This document shows positions 47,772-56,269 of a DNA stretch of 64,000 nucleotides, piece after piece (the first letter of the stretch is position 1; every line of letters begins with the position of its first letter). The notes beneath the pieces are model-generated. The model ran no database searches. It was not told the DNA's origin and saw only the letters and a program-made list of their open reading frames with translations. Position numbers and translations under genes: made by a program. The stretch is from the IMG/VR virus record IMGVR_UViG_3300018059_000012, positions 11,471-75,470 of that record; one strand, 5' to 3'. The stretch comes from a virus.

Positions 47772-50122
47772 TGCCGATCGAGTTCACCCCGTCTAGGCGT
47801 CTTATCGACGCATATCTCAAGCTCAGGAAACGTCTGCGTGGCGAGAACCCTGAAGCCAATCAAATCAAGAGCGAAGCGATCGAAGCTGTGAATGAGGATG
47901 GGACGTACGTCGTTAAGGGTGCCAACATCCCGGCAAGTGGAAACGTGAAGCTTTCGTCAGGACAGCGTGTTGATGTTGTCTTCAAGAATGCCCGCCCACG
48001 TGTGATCGTCGGACACAATGCCCGCCGGGCACACTTTGGTCCTGATGTTGTGCCGATTGGAAATGGTGTCGTCGAAGAATTGTTGATTTTACAGAATCAG
48101 ATCTACTTTCGGAATGACAGGCAGTTCACACAACTAAAGATCAACAATCTTGATATTGAATTCGAATCCCCACCACTTGGTGTCCGCTGGGGATTAGATC
48201 GGCAGCACTTCCATGTTGTCATGGAAAATCACATCTACAACATCTATAAGATCACGCGTGATCCGGCGAAGGTACTGGCGGAGAAAACACCTGTCGTCAA
48301 GTTCATCAAACAGATTGCGCTCGAGACAATGCTCACGACCCTGCTGTTCGAGTTCTTTACATTCTCGATCACAGAGAGTAAGACGTATACAGTTAAGTGG
48401 ATGGTCTTTCCGATTGGCTTCACGACTGATCACGACACGTTGATCTCAGGACCGCATACCTTGGGCACGGCGGTATCTGGAACGTTTACTGTGACACCAC
48501 AGCACTTCATGCACCTCAGTGGTCCTGACATCGGGCAGTTCAAGGAGCTGCTTGGGAACCAGATGATTGTGCGGATCGCCGTTACCGATGTGATCGTCAA
48601 CGCTGATGGGCATCTGATTATCTGTCTCTCGCTTGTGTGCGATACGTGTCCAGGCGATACAGACATTGATCAAGAGCCGTTCGTCTGGGCTCGTCTTGGG
48701 ACACCACCAGGGCCGGATGGGTTCTTGGCGCCAGTAAATCAAGGTCCAGTCGGTGAACCGTTTCTTCTTCCGACGCCACCGATTGATCTGTCTATTGCAT
48801 CGGCCCCAGCATTCGAGCATCATGCATTTTTTATCAATGCGACACTCGAACAAGTCTTGTGGCGGAGTCTACCTCTGTCGTTCACAGCATCACGGTTGGA
48901 ACTCAAAACTGTTTCGGGTCCTGGACACAATGCCTTCAATGTGTTCAATCCGGCGATTGCACTGATTGATCCAGGGTTCGTTGATCCTCTTGCAATCCCG
49001 CCGGACTACTACAGGATTGGGGCGGCACAGTTGGCCATCGCCTCCTCAATCATGTTCAATGTAGGATCGATCAATGATGAGTGGCTCATTGCAGAAGCCT
49101 TTGCCGAGTTTGCAGATTCACCAGCCTTTGAGAGCGAAACGTTTGAAATCAGCACTCCATTGGGGTATACGTTTTTTAACCCAGTGTTGACGCCAGTGAC
49201 TCCGCTTGCCTTGACAGTGCTTGCTTCGTCAGATACTGAGATGGTGTTGGAGCAAGGAATTTGGATACCAACACTACAAGCAGCCACCTATCGACGTATC
49301 AATGTTTCTTCATCGGAGGCGTACGCGGCCCGATATCAGTTGCGCATACTTCGTCTCCTCCGCTGGGACGCGGATCCACTCAAACAGCGTCTTGTGATTG
49401 TGGTGACAGCTGATGTAGCCGACGAACCATTTGTCGGGCAGGTGACACGCCCGGAACGTGTTTGGATCTACATCATCGATGGACAAGGAAAAATTGTTCG
49501 TACCGTACTCAACAACAGGGCTGTGTTCCAGGACTTCCGGTTTACCGTCGAATCGATCACGCCACGACATGTCTTGCTTCAGATCATCTGCACAATCTCT
49601 GATGTCATCAATGATAATCAGTCGTTCCTGTATCTCATTGATCTTGAAACTGGGCTGAACTCAACGGTGACAGGGAACGCTACAGATACTGAGCCAGCAG
49701 TGCTGCTCCAACTCTACGCGTTATGGCCACGCTTTGTCTATAGTGCGGCAGAACCAAAGCGACGATTTCTTGCAAGCGCGTTCAATAAACTTGGCGCGCC
49801 GATATTAAAGTTGACAGCGGCAACAGCAAGCATGACGAATAAACTGATGCCGCCTGCTGATGCCCGACTCAAGCAGGCTGGTGTGTTGATTGACGTTCCA
49901 AAGCAGTTTGTTGCTGAACGGCAGAGTCGATGGGATGCCTGGTTTCAAATTGTTTCCCAGAATATCGAGCTGCCATCGTCCACTGATCTGACAACCTATC
50001 AGATCTTCGAGTGGCAGAGTATGCCACCAATGGATGTCCAGTTGATTACAGATACGCGTTTCATCGGTGTCAGAGAAGCTGGCAAAGCCTTTGACTCTCA
50101 GGTGAAGGTACCGGCAGCATGA
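47771..50122 (+). CDS. Large tail-tip/central fibre protein
   Basis: 783-aa beta-rich ORF at end of tail module. Confidence 0.65.
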   Translation: MPIEFTPSRRLIDAYLKLRKRLRGENPEANQIKSEAIEAVNEDGTYVVKGANIPASGNVKLSSGQRVDVVFKNARPRVIVGHNARRAHFGPDVVPIGNGVVEELLILQNQIYFRNDRQFTQLKINNLDIEFESPPLGVRWGLDRQHFHVVMENHIYNIYKITRDPAKVLAEKTPVVKFIKQIALETMLTTLLFEFFTFSITESKTYTVKWMVFPIGFTTDHDTLISGPHTLGTAVSGTFTVTPQHFMHLSGPDIGQFKELLGNQMIVRIAVTDVIVNADGHLIICLSLVCDTCPGDTDIDQEPFVWARLGTPPGPDGFLAPVNQGPVGEPFLLPTPPIDLSIASAPAFEHHAFFINATLEQVLWRSLPLSFTASRLELKTVSGPGHNAFNVFNPAIALIDPGFVDPLAIPPDYYRIGAAQLAIASSIMFNVGSINDEWLIAEAFAEFADSPAFESETFEISTPLGYTFFNPVLTPVTPLALTVLASSDTEMVLEQGIWIPTLQAATYRRINVSSSEAYAARYQLRILRLLRWDADPLKQRLVIVVTADVADEPFVGQVTRPERVWIYIIDGQGKIVRTVLNNRAVFQDFRFTVESITPRHVLLQIICTISDVINDNQSFLYLIDLETGLNSTVTGNATDTEPAVLLQLYALWPRFVYSAAEPKRRFLASAFNKLGAPILKLTAATASMTNKLMPPADARLKQAGVLIDVPKQFVAERQSRWDAWFQIVSQNIELPSSTDLTTYQIFEWQSMPPMDVQLITDTRFIGVREAGKAFDSQVKVPAA

Positions 50123-50616
50123 TCAAGACAATGACGAGCATTATTTCATTCGACGAACGGGATGAACTTGAAGCATGGATTACACGGGATTGGCAGTGGG
50201 CAATGGGTGGTGTTCGCCCACCACATGGATGGCGACCATCTCAGAAATGGAAAACACCACCGCCATTGTTTGATGCGGTTGGTGAACGTGTTCGGATATG
50301 GTTGGGCATTGATGAATGGCAGCCCGAGCCACGCTTTGGGTGGACTGCAAACTATCAACCAACGTTGACATGGGTGACTGAACATTGTGATCCAGAGATT
50401 GCAGGGTTCATACATCTTCGGGCAAATGTACTGGTGACTCGTCCACCATCTGGCGGCATGCCTATTGTCGGTGGACGTAAACTGTCATTGATGCAACGCG
50501 ACGCCTGGGCGTTGAATACAGCTGTGCTTCATAGCTCGACGCGCAGTGTTGGTGGTCCACGGCTGCTCTGTTCGTATGGATTTTTAGTCCCGAGTAGCAG
50601 TCCTGCAGTTTTGTGA
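50119..50616 (+). CDS. 2OG-Fe(II) oxygenase-like protein
   Basis: HCD (HxD), NVLV..P..GG, distal H, R...SYGF. Confidence 0.7.
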   Translation: MIKTMTSIISFDERDELEAWITRDWQWAMGGVRPPHGWRPSQKWKTPPPLFDAVGERVRIWLGIDEWQPEPRFGWTANYQPTLTWVTEHCDPEIAGFIHLRANVLVTRPPSGGMPIVGGRKLSLMQRDAWALNTAVLHSSTRSVGGPRLLCSYGFLVPSSSPAVL

Positions 50617-50626
50617 AGGAGACGAT

Positions 50627-51145
50627 ATGGCATCATTTGTTCTTGCATATCCGGCGGTCCTGAAGATCGAAGCTGGCTATGTCAACGACCCTAACGATCC
50701 GGGGGGCGAGACAAACTTTGGCATCACGAAGCGGGATCATCCGGATGAGGACATCAAGAACCTGACGAAGGAGCGGGCTATCGCCATCTACAAGGCGAAG
50801 TACTGGGATCCACTTCGCCTTGACTTCATCAACGATCAGGAGATCGCCGACAAGCTGCTCGACATGTCAGTCAATCTAGGAACGGAAACGACTGCTATGC
50901 GGTTGCAGCGTGCGTTGAATTACACGCTCGTCGGTCGTCCAGTCATCATCGATGGTGACATTGGTCCACAGACTCTTGCCGCGATCAACGCGCTGGCGAG
51001 AGTAGCTGCGATCGGCCCAGACCTGGAGACCCTGGGCCTCGCACTCCGCGCCTATCATGCGGCGCGGTATATCGAACTCGTCGAAGGACCAGACCCTCGT
51101 TTCGATACGTTTGCAAAGGGCTGGCTCCGGCGTGCGATGAAGTAA
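50627..51145 (+). CDS. Endolysin, GH108 with PG_binding_3
   Basis: EAGYVNDPNDPGGETNFGIT; LQRAL..IDGDIGPQT; F.KGWLRR. Confidence 0.95.
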   Translation: MASFVLAYPAVLKIEAGYVNDPNDPGGETNFGITKRDHPDEDIKNLTKERAIAIYKAKYWDPLRLDFINDQEIADKLLDMSVNLGTETTAMRLQRALNYTLVGRPVIIDGDIGPQTLAAINALARVAAIGPDLETLGLALRAYHAARYIELVEGPDPRFDTFAKGWLRRAMK

Positions 51146-51168
51146 ACCCGAACAAGAGGGAGGGAATC

Positions 51169-51981
51169 ATGTTCAGCAATCTCAGTCCAACGACGACCCT
51201 GACCATCGCACTGGTGCTCGGGGCCGTGCTCGGGGCTTTCTTCAGGCTCTGGGTCAGTCCGGCATTCGTGACATTCTCCAAGCAGCTCGTCACCGAGATC
51301 GCCTTCAACGGTCTCGCAGCGGTGCTGATCCCACATGCCGGGGCCATCATTCCAGGTCTCGACGTGACCAGCTTACCACCGCTGGCGGCGTTCGCCGTGA
51401 TGGCGTTCATCGCTTCAGGCAGTGGTGACTTCGTGGGGAACATCAGGAAGCTATTCAGTGGTACCAGTACCGGTCTTGCCGGCAAGATCGTGTCATGGAT
51501 CCTGATTGGATTCCTGGCGATCGGGCTGACCACCGCCTGTGCGAGCAGTGGTGTCGGCAAGGCTGTGCAGGCTGCCGATGCGCAGAAGCAACTCGTCGAA
51601 CGAGCAGCGGTGGAGTTCGTCAAGCTGAAGCTTCGGGGTGATCCGCGTATCACACCTGCGGTGTACGAGCAGGGGCGGGCCGCCTACGAGAAGTATCAGG
51701 GTGCGCAGGCAGGTCTTGCGGAGGCCCTGTCATCCTGGAAGGTAGTGAGCAATCCGGAGAACGAGAACAAGCTACAGGCGGCGCTCGCCGAGGTTACGAA
51801 GAACATCGACTTCTACCTCGCTCTCGTCGGCAAGTTCGTCAACCTGGAGGATCTGAAAAAGAAGATCAGCGCTGGGGCGGTGGAGGAAATCAAGACCACC
51901 TCTGCTGCTCCGACCTGGTTCGAGATCTACTACAGCGCGAGCACGGAGCATTTCACACTCGCCGCGCAGGGGAGGTACTAG
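51169..51981 (+). CDS. Holin-like multi-TM domain fused to lipoprotein-like domain
   Basis: Three hydrophobic segments, then KIVSWILIGFLAIGLTTAC and a helical domain. Confidence 0.6.
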   Translation: MFSNLSPTTTLTIALVLGAVLGAFFRLWVSPAFVTFSKQLVTEIAFNGLAAVLIPHAGAIIPGLDVTSLPPLAAFAVMAFIASGSGDFVGNIRKLFSGTSTGLAGKIVSWILIGFLAIGLTTACASSGVGKAVQAADAQKQLVERAAVEFVKLKLRGDPRITPAVYEQGRAAYEKYQGAQAGLAEALSSWKVVSNPENENKLQAALAEVTKNIDFYLALVGKFVNLEDLKKKISAGAVEEIKTTSAAPTWFEIYYSASTEHFTLAAQGRY

Positions 51982-51984
51982 ATC

Positions 51985-52272
51985 ATGGGAGCGGAAGCGG
52001 CAGCAGGACTCATTCTGCAACTGATCGGGCAGGCGTTCGGGGCAGCAAAGAACGCCGGTCTGGTCGGCAACCCCGACTGGGTGAAGTACGTGGAGGCTGG
52101 ACTCTACATGGCCAGCAAGGCGAAGGACATCCTCGGGGACATCTTCTCGAACCCGTCGAAGTACGACAACATGACGCCGGAGCAGATCAAAGCGTTGCTG
52201 ATGCCGAAGACGTGGGACGAGATCGAGATGCAGGCGATGGCAGAGCTGGCCGCTGAAGGCAGTGGCGGGTAG
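51985..52272 (+). CDS. Lysis-cassette accessory protein
   Basis: GGAGG SD; amphipathic N-terminus. Confidence 0.65.
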   Translation: MGAEAAAGLILQLIGQAFGAAKNAGLVGNPDWVKYVEAGLYMASKAKDILGDIFSNPSKYDNMTPEQIKALLMPKTWDEIEMQAMAELAAEGSGG

Positions 52273-52289
52273 CAGGGCAATCCACGACG

Positions 52290-52321
52290 GCACCGCCCGG
52301 TGATGTCAGGCCGGGCGGTGC
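52290..52321 (+). terminator. Intergenic hairpin
   Basis: GCACCGCCCGGT/GCCGGGCGGTGC. Confidence 0.5.
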
Positions 52322-52331
52322 ATGGGAGAGC

Positions 52332-52736
52332 ATGATGGGAAAGAAAGTGGTTGTAGCACCGGTCCCACCCAAGGCGTCGCTCTCTGATCTGTGGGAGCAG
52401 TTCGGATCCCTCGGGCAGGGCATTGTTAAGATCGGCGTGGCGGTCGCGATGCTCTACTCGCTGTATCTGTGGGGATCTGGCAAGATCGTTTGGGCTGATG
52501 AGCTCACCCAGCTTGTCGCGGATTTTACCTGTCAGTTTGCGGATATTAAACGGACGCAACTCGAAGGGCAGGCCGCTGATCTGCAATTCCGTATCAATCA
52601 GCTGAGTGGACGGAAAGCGTTGACAGCTGATGAATCGCGCGACATCGCACTGCTCAACGTGCGACTCAGCAGCATTCAAAATCAAATCAACAAACTTCCT
52701 GATTGCGCCCGCGGATCACAGCAGCAGCGTCGCTAG
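52332..52736 (+). CDS. Membrane-anchored coiled-coil protein (i-spanin-like)
   Basis: One TM then heptads with two Cys; in lysis cassette. Confidence 0.55.
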   Translation: MMGKKVVVAPVPPKASLSDLWEQFGSLGQGIVKIGVAVAMLYSLYLWGSGKIVWADELTQLVADFTCQFADIKRTQLEGQAADLQFRINQLSGRKALTADESRDIALLNVRLSSIQNQINKLPDCARGSQQQRR

Positions 52737-52741
52737 TTCTC

Positions 52742-52772
52742 TCCCCTAGACTCCCCGTCTAGGGGATCTCTT
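52742..52772 (+). terminator. Hairpin ending the late operon; overlaps partial CTAG element copy D
   Basis: TCCCCTAGAC/GTCTAGGGGA followed by TCTCTT. Confidence 0.6.
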
Positions 52773-52806
52773 CAAAAACCCCTGATTTTCAGCGGGGAGT
52801 GTGTTG

Positions 52807-52819
52807 TAAGTGCTTGATA
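52807..52819 (-). promoter_or_regulatory. IHF consensus site
   Basis: TAAGTGCTTGATA is the reverse complement of a WATCAANNNNTTR match. Confidence 0.6.
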
Positions 52820-52848
52820 TATTCCACCAAAATGGACACACTTAGAAG

Positions 52849-52878
52849 TGGACATCATGTATCCTTATATGGGATGAT
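52849..52878 (+). promoter_or_regulatory. Candidate early promoter overlapping an inverted repeat
   Basis: TGGACA-18-GATGAT with TG extension; ACATCAT/ATGATGT dyad; AT-rich context. Confidence 0.35.
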
Positions 52879-52889
52879 GTTTCCGTAGG

Positions 52890-53523
52890 GTAGCAAAGGG
52901 ATCTAGGAAAGTAAGCCTGGTAACTCCTAGACAGCCTGGAACTAAGACCGGGGCAGCGAGTCGGAGGAGAGAACACGAAGTCAAGACACTCTCCCCGAAC
53001 AAACCGAGATCAGTACCGCGATGGGGCCAGCACAAGCCGACTACTCTCCGAGTCAGGGAGACAGGCGAGTCGAACCCCAGGAGATAGTAGGCGACGACCC
53101 AAGATCTTCGAGGCCCCAGGCGGGGCGAGTCGGAGAAGGGCACGCGGGGGAAACGGGCGGCAGCCCAAAACCAGCTACTCGGGATCGAGGACCCTAGCCG
53201 GGGCCGATCAACTGAAGGATCCGATACGGCAGCGGTAGCGCCGCCGGGTAGTCCTTCGGGGAGCATGACCACACTGGTCGGCTTCGTTCTCTCTTCGCGA
53301 TGGGGACATCGCGGAATTCTTCCGACGCATCCTACTGACGATAGCGACACCGCCTCCGACAGCCGCAGCACCTCACGCCATCACGGCGACATACCCTCAC
53401 ACTCGCTCAGACCGATCGCTACGGACCTTGAAGCCGGGCGACGTTCAGGACTGGAGTAGTCGGCGGAACGCAGAGAGGACGACTCCGACGCCGCGATGAC
53501 AAGCGAGCGTGGTCATGATGGTC
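52890..53523 (+). ncRNA. Large structured ncRNA or leader (~640 nt), unknown family
   Basis: Nested long-range helices and many hairpins including a GGGA tetraloop; no credible ORF. Confidence 0.7.
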
Positions 53524-53576
53524 TCAGGGTACATCCCTGACTGACGAGGGCCTCAGCAAGGCCGAAACCAAACCAC
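53509..53576 (+). ncRNA. Type III hammerhead ribozyme, predicted cleavage after C53523
   Basis: UGGUC^ UCAGGG-uacau-CCCUGA CUGACGA G GGCCU-cagca-AGGCC GAAA CCA; full core present. Confidence 0.9.
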
Positions 53577-53599
53577 TCTATCTGAGGAGGATACACATC

Positions 53600-53869
53600 A
53601 TGGGTAAGCAGAACCGCAATCCAGCTCGCAAGTACAAGGCGCTCACCGACAAGCAGAAGGCCGATGTGGCCAAGCAGTTCGAGAACCTGATGTTCAGGTT
53701 CTTGCCGATAGGTAACACCAAGTCCGAGTGCCTGCTCTCCCTTACGCAGGTCGAGTCGATCGTCAACGGATGCATCAAGATCGAGCGGGCGGAGATTCAT
53801 GCCGAGTTCGAGCCCGAGCCGCTGACCAGGCTCAAGCGCAAGGCCGGGGCGCTGCTGAGCAATAGATAG
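53600..53869 (+). CDS. Early hypothetical protein
   Basis: GAGGAGG SD directly after the ribozyme. Confidence 0.75.
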   Translation: MGKQNRNPARKYKALTDKQKADVAKQFENLMFRFLPIGNTKSECLLSLTQVESIVNGCIKIERAEIHAEFEPEPLTRLKRKAGALLSNR

Positions 53870-53873
53870 AACG

Positions 53874-54134
53874 ATGCAACTCAAGTGTTTCGTCTGCGAT
53901 CGTCGTCTCGGCCGCAACCCAGCACGAGCCGAATGTGAAGATGATCAGGTTGTACTCGTTGGAAGCGAGTGCTTCAAGCTGATCAAGGCAGCGGGCGACG
54001 CTGGGTATCAGCCGCAGAGTGGTGGTCCCAGGCTCTACCTGCTGGGGCTCGGCTACTCCAAGACTCATCCGGAAAAATCCTGGTTTCATACCAACGCGCC
54101 TGAGTACTGCAAGTGCTCAGCGCATAGCAAGTAG
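53874..54134 (+). CDS. Zn-binding hypothetical protein
   Basis: CFVC.R.L...VGSEC motif. Confidence 0.7.
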   Translation: MQLKCFVCDRRLGRNPARAECEDDQVVLVGSECFKLIKAAGDAGYQPQSGGPRLYLLGLGYSKTHPEKSWFHTNAPEYCKCSAHSK

Positions 54135-54181
54135 ATCTCATGCAGTACGACCACTACTCAACCAATCAAGGAGACAACACC

Positions 54182-54532
54182 ATGAAGCTGACCAAGGCGC
54201 AGATCGAGACCCTGAACAACGCGGAGCAGAACAGCAGCAAGGCAGGTCGAGTCTGGATGCCGACCTGGAACCACAAGACGATCGCGATCCTCCACGAGGC
54301 TGGGTTCATCGAGGAACTGGATGACATGAATCACATCCAGGTTGCTGAAGCGAAGGCGCTCATCCTCAAGAGTGCTGAGTCGATCGTTCGGATGACGGAA
54401 GAGAATCGCTACATGATGGTGCAGTCCTCGGCCCGGGCGATTCAGGGTCTCACGCAGGACATTCTCTCGCGGAGCTGGTATATCACCGAGGCTGGACGAC
54501 AGGCGCTCATCCTCGCGAACGGGGGTGCATAG
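54182..54532 (+). CDS. Hypothetical protein, winged-helix-like
   Basis: MKLTKAQ...L..AGFI...ITEAGR. Confidence 0.7.
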   Translation: MKLTKAQIETLNNAEQNSSKAGRVWMPTWNHKTIAILHEAGFIEELDDMNHIQVAEAKALILKSAESIVRMTEENRYMMVQSSARAIQGLTQDILSRSWYITEAGRQALILANGGA

Positions 54533-54534
54533 TC

Positions 54535-54723
54535 ATGAATAGAGTCGAGCGCGAGGCGTATAACGCTGGACGGCAGTGGGTACGGGACAACAAGGAGAGT
54601 CTGACGCCAGGGCAGGATCTCCAGTCGCAGGCTATGGACCTGGCGCAGGGGAGTGGGATCGACGCTGACTGGGTCTATGAAGGGATGACCGACGAGCAGG
54701 ATCACATGGAGGGCAAGCGATGA
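54535..54723 (+). CDS. Hypothetical protein
   Basis: ORF tiling. Confidence 0.65.
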   Translation: MNRVEREAYNAGRQWVRDNKESLTPGQDLQSQAMDLAQGSGIDADWVYEGMTDEQDHMEGKR

Positions 54724-54911
54724 TGGGAGCACTGATCACGACCCTGCTGCTCACCACGTTCTTTCTCTGGGCTGTCCTCGGGCACTCCACGGAGGCCGAG
54801 CGGCAGCAGGTGGTGGACAGCTCCTGCGCAGTGAAGGTCAAGCAGGTCCGCTACCCTGACGGGATGCGGACGCCAGTCTGCAATCCGACCGGCGTCGCCT
54901 GGAGGAACTGA
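54720..54911 (+). CDS. Small membrane or secreted protein
   Basis: N-terminal hydrophobic segment. Confidence 0.6.
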   Translation: MMGALITTLLLTTFFLWAVLGHSTEAERQQVVDSSCAVKVKQVRYPDGMRTPVCNPTGVAWRN

Positions 54912-55129
54912 TGAAGCGTTACGGAGTGTGGTCAGGTAATCCGCGTGGCATTGCTGAAGATACGATCAAGTGTATTGACTCGGTTTATCCGGCGATCGAT
55001 CGCGGAATGATCGAGGCTCAGTGCTCACGCAAACGTGGGTACGGTGAGCGGGGCTTGTTCTGCAAGCAGCATGCGAAGCGGAGCCGCGAGTACCAGCTCG
55101 AGCGGATCAACAGGAGAACAAACGGATGA
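54911..55129 (+). CDS. Cys/His hypothetical protein
   Basis: QCSRK.G.G..GLFCKQH. Confidence 0.7.
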   Translation: MKRYGVWSGNPRGIAEDTIKCIDSVYPAIDRGMIEAQCSRKRGYGERGLFCKQHAKRSREYQLERINRRTNG

Positions 55130-55311
55130 ACGAAGAGCAGGCGCAGCAGAAGATCTTCATGCGGCGCGCAGCAATCCTCTGTGTCATGGGGATGCAGAGC
55201 AAGCGCTACCACATGGACATGGACTACAGGGATGCACTCAACCATGTCTGGGAGATGATCCCGGAACCAATGCAGCTCATCCTCAACATCAAGCCAGGAG
55301 AACGTCAGTGA
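55126..55311 (+). CDS. Hypothetical protein
   Basis: AGGAG SD; ATGA overlap. Confidence 0.6.
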   Translation: MNEEQAQQKIFMRRAAILCVMGMQSKRYHMDMDYRDALNHVWEMIPEPMQLILNIKPGERQ

Positions 55312-55562
55312 TGACGATCGACATGGAGATCATCGACCTACACAATCCGCATCGTGGTCCGGCGTTCCTGATCGGACTCTGCGGCGCTCGATTCAACGGG
55401 ATTCAGCAGACCGCGACAGGCTGGCCGAACGTCGTTCTCTTTACCGATCCGGTGACCAGCCTGACCATCGCGATGAACGAGAACGACGTGACCATCGGAA
55501 ACGTCTGGCGTGTACTCAGGCAGCACCGCAGCACGCACTTCGGGATTCCGCAGTCGGCCTAA
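55311..55562 (+). CDS. Hypothetical protein
   Basis: GIQ.....VLFTDP.T..T motif; SD. Confidence 0.65.
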   Translation: MTIDMEIIDLHNPHRGPAFLIGLCGARFNGIQQTATGWPNVVLFTDPVTSLTIAMNENDVTIGNVWRVLRQHRSTHFGIPQSA

Positions 55563-55599
55563 GCGGTATCAACCACTCTCAATCAAGGAGACCACCACC

Positions 55600-55851
55600 A
55601 TGATCCAGTTCACGCGTTCCAATCGGACCGAGATCTTCATCGAGCCTCAGTTGCTGGAGCAGTTCTCTGACGAGCTGGTCAACGAGGGCCCGCGCAACCT
55701 GCCAGTGCTCCCGCTCGAGACCGTGCTCAAGAACGTCGATACGATCCACGTGGCATGCAACGGCACTCACGTCTGCGGTCTGCCGGTTCACCTGCAGGTG
55801 TTCGACCTCAACTCCTATCTCAAGCTCGCGCGGTCGAGCCGGAGGGCATAA
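55600..55851 (+). CDS. Hypothetical protein
   Basis: AAGGAG SD and ACCACT leader. Confidence 0.7.
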   Translation: MIQFTRSNRTEIFIEPQLLEQFSDELVNEGPRNLPVLPLETVLKNVDTIHVACNGTHVCGLPVHLQVFDLNSYLKLARSSRRA

Positions 55852-55852
55852 C

Positions 55853-56239
55853 ATGAGCGAGCACGTGATCACGACCCTGACGCTGTTCCAGCAGGAGAAC
55901 GTCGAGGCCAAGTACAAGACCACCAAGAAGGTTGATGTGGTGCTGACCAAGGATCTCAAGGGTGTCGAGCGTGTGCAGTGCGCGCATTGGTCCAAGGGCC
56001 CACGCGGCGGTTACACCAGTAGCATGTCGATCGGATTCAGCATGCAGGAGTTCGACGAGATCTACGCGGCAATCACGATCCTCAACACCGGGCTGATGAA
56101 TGGCACCTATGCAGCGGTGCTCAACATCGACAAGCCGTGGGACAGCGTGATCCGCTGCACCAAGTGCAACGAGACGATGTCAGTGACGCACATGATGTTC
56201 CACAGGCAGAGCCCGCTGCACATCAAGCGTTGCGCCTAA
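55853..56239 (+). CDS. Hypothetical protein with C-terminal C2H2-like finger
   Basis: CTKC...H....H; GGAGG SD. Confidence 0.7.
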   Translation: MSEHVITTLTLFQQENVEAKYKTTKKVDVVLTKDLKGVERVQCAHWSKGPRGGYTSSMSIGFSMQEFDEIYAAITILNTGLMNGTYAAVLNIDKPWDSVIRCTKCNETMSVTHMMFHRQSPLHIKRCA

Positions 56240-56269
56240 CCACTACCAACCAAGAGGAGATCACACACC

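Noticed and set aside
48155-48180. TTCGAATCCCCACCA resembling a tRNA T-arm and CCA end
   Set aside because: Inside a long tail CDS with no D-arm, anticodon arm or acceptor stem
52915-52970. Possible twister ribozyme at the 5' end of the large RNA (TAACTCC...CCTGG-AACTAAGA-CCGGG...GGAG)
   Set aside because: The two pseudoknot pairings and conserved loop-4 residues cannot be satisfied convincingly; simple hairpins explain the sequence
52865-53459. ORFs 52865-53371 (-) and 53265-53459 (+)
   Set aside because: Low-complexity translations and atypical codon use; the - strand ORF opposes all other genes; region is better explained as structured RNA
52890-53523. Identity as tmRNA, RNase P RNA or group I/II intron
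   Set aside because: No tRNA-like ends, no GAGGAAAGUCC/P4 partner, no domain V or P7 core visible
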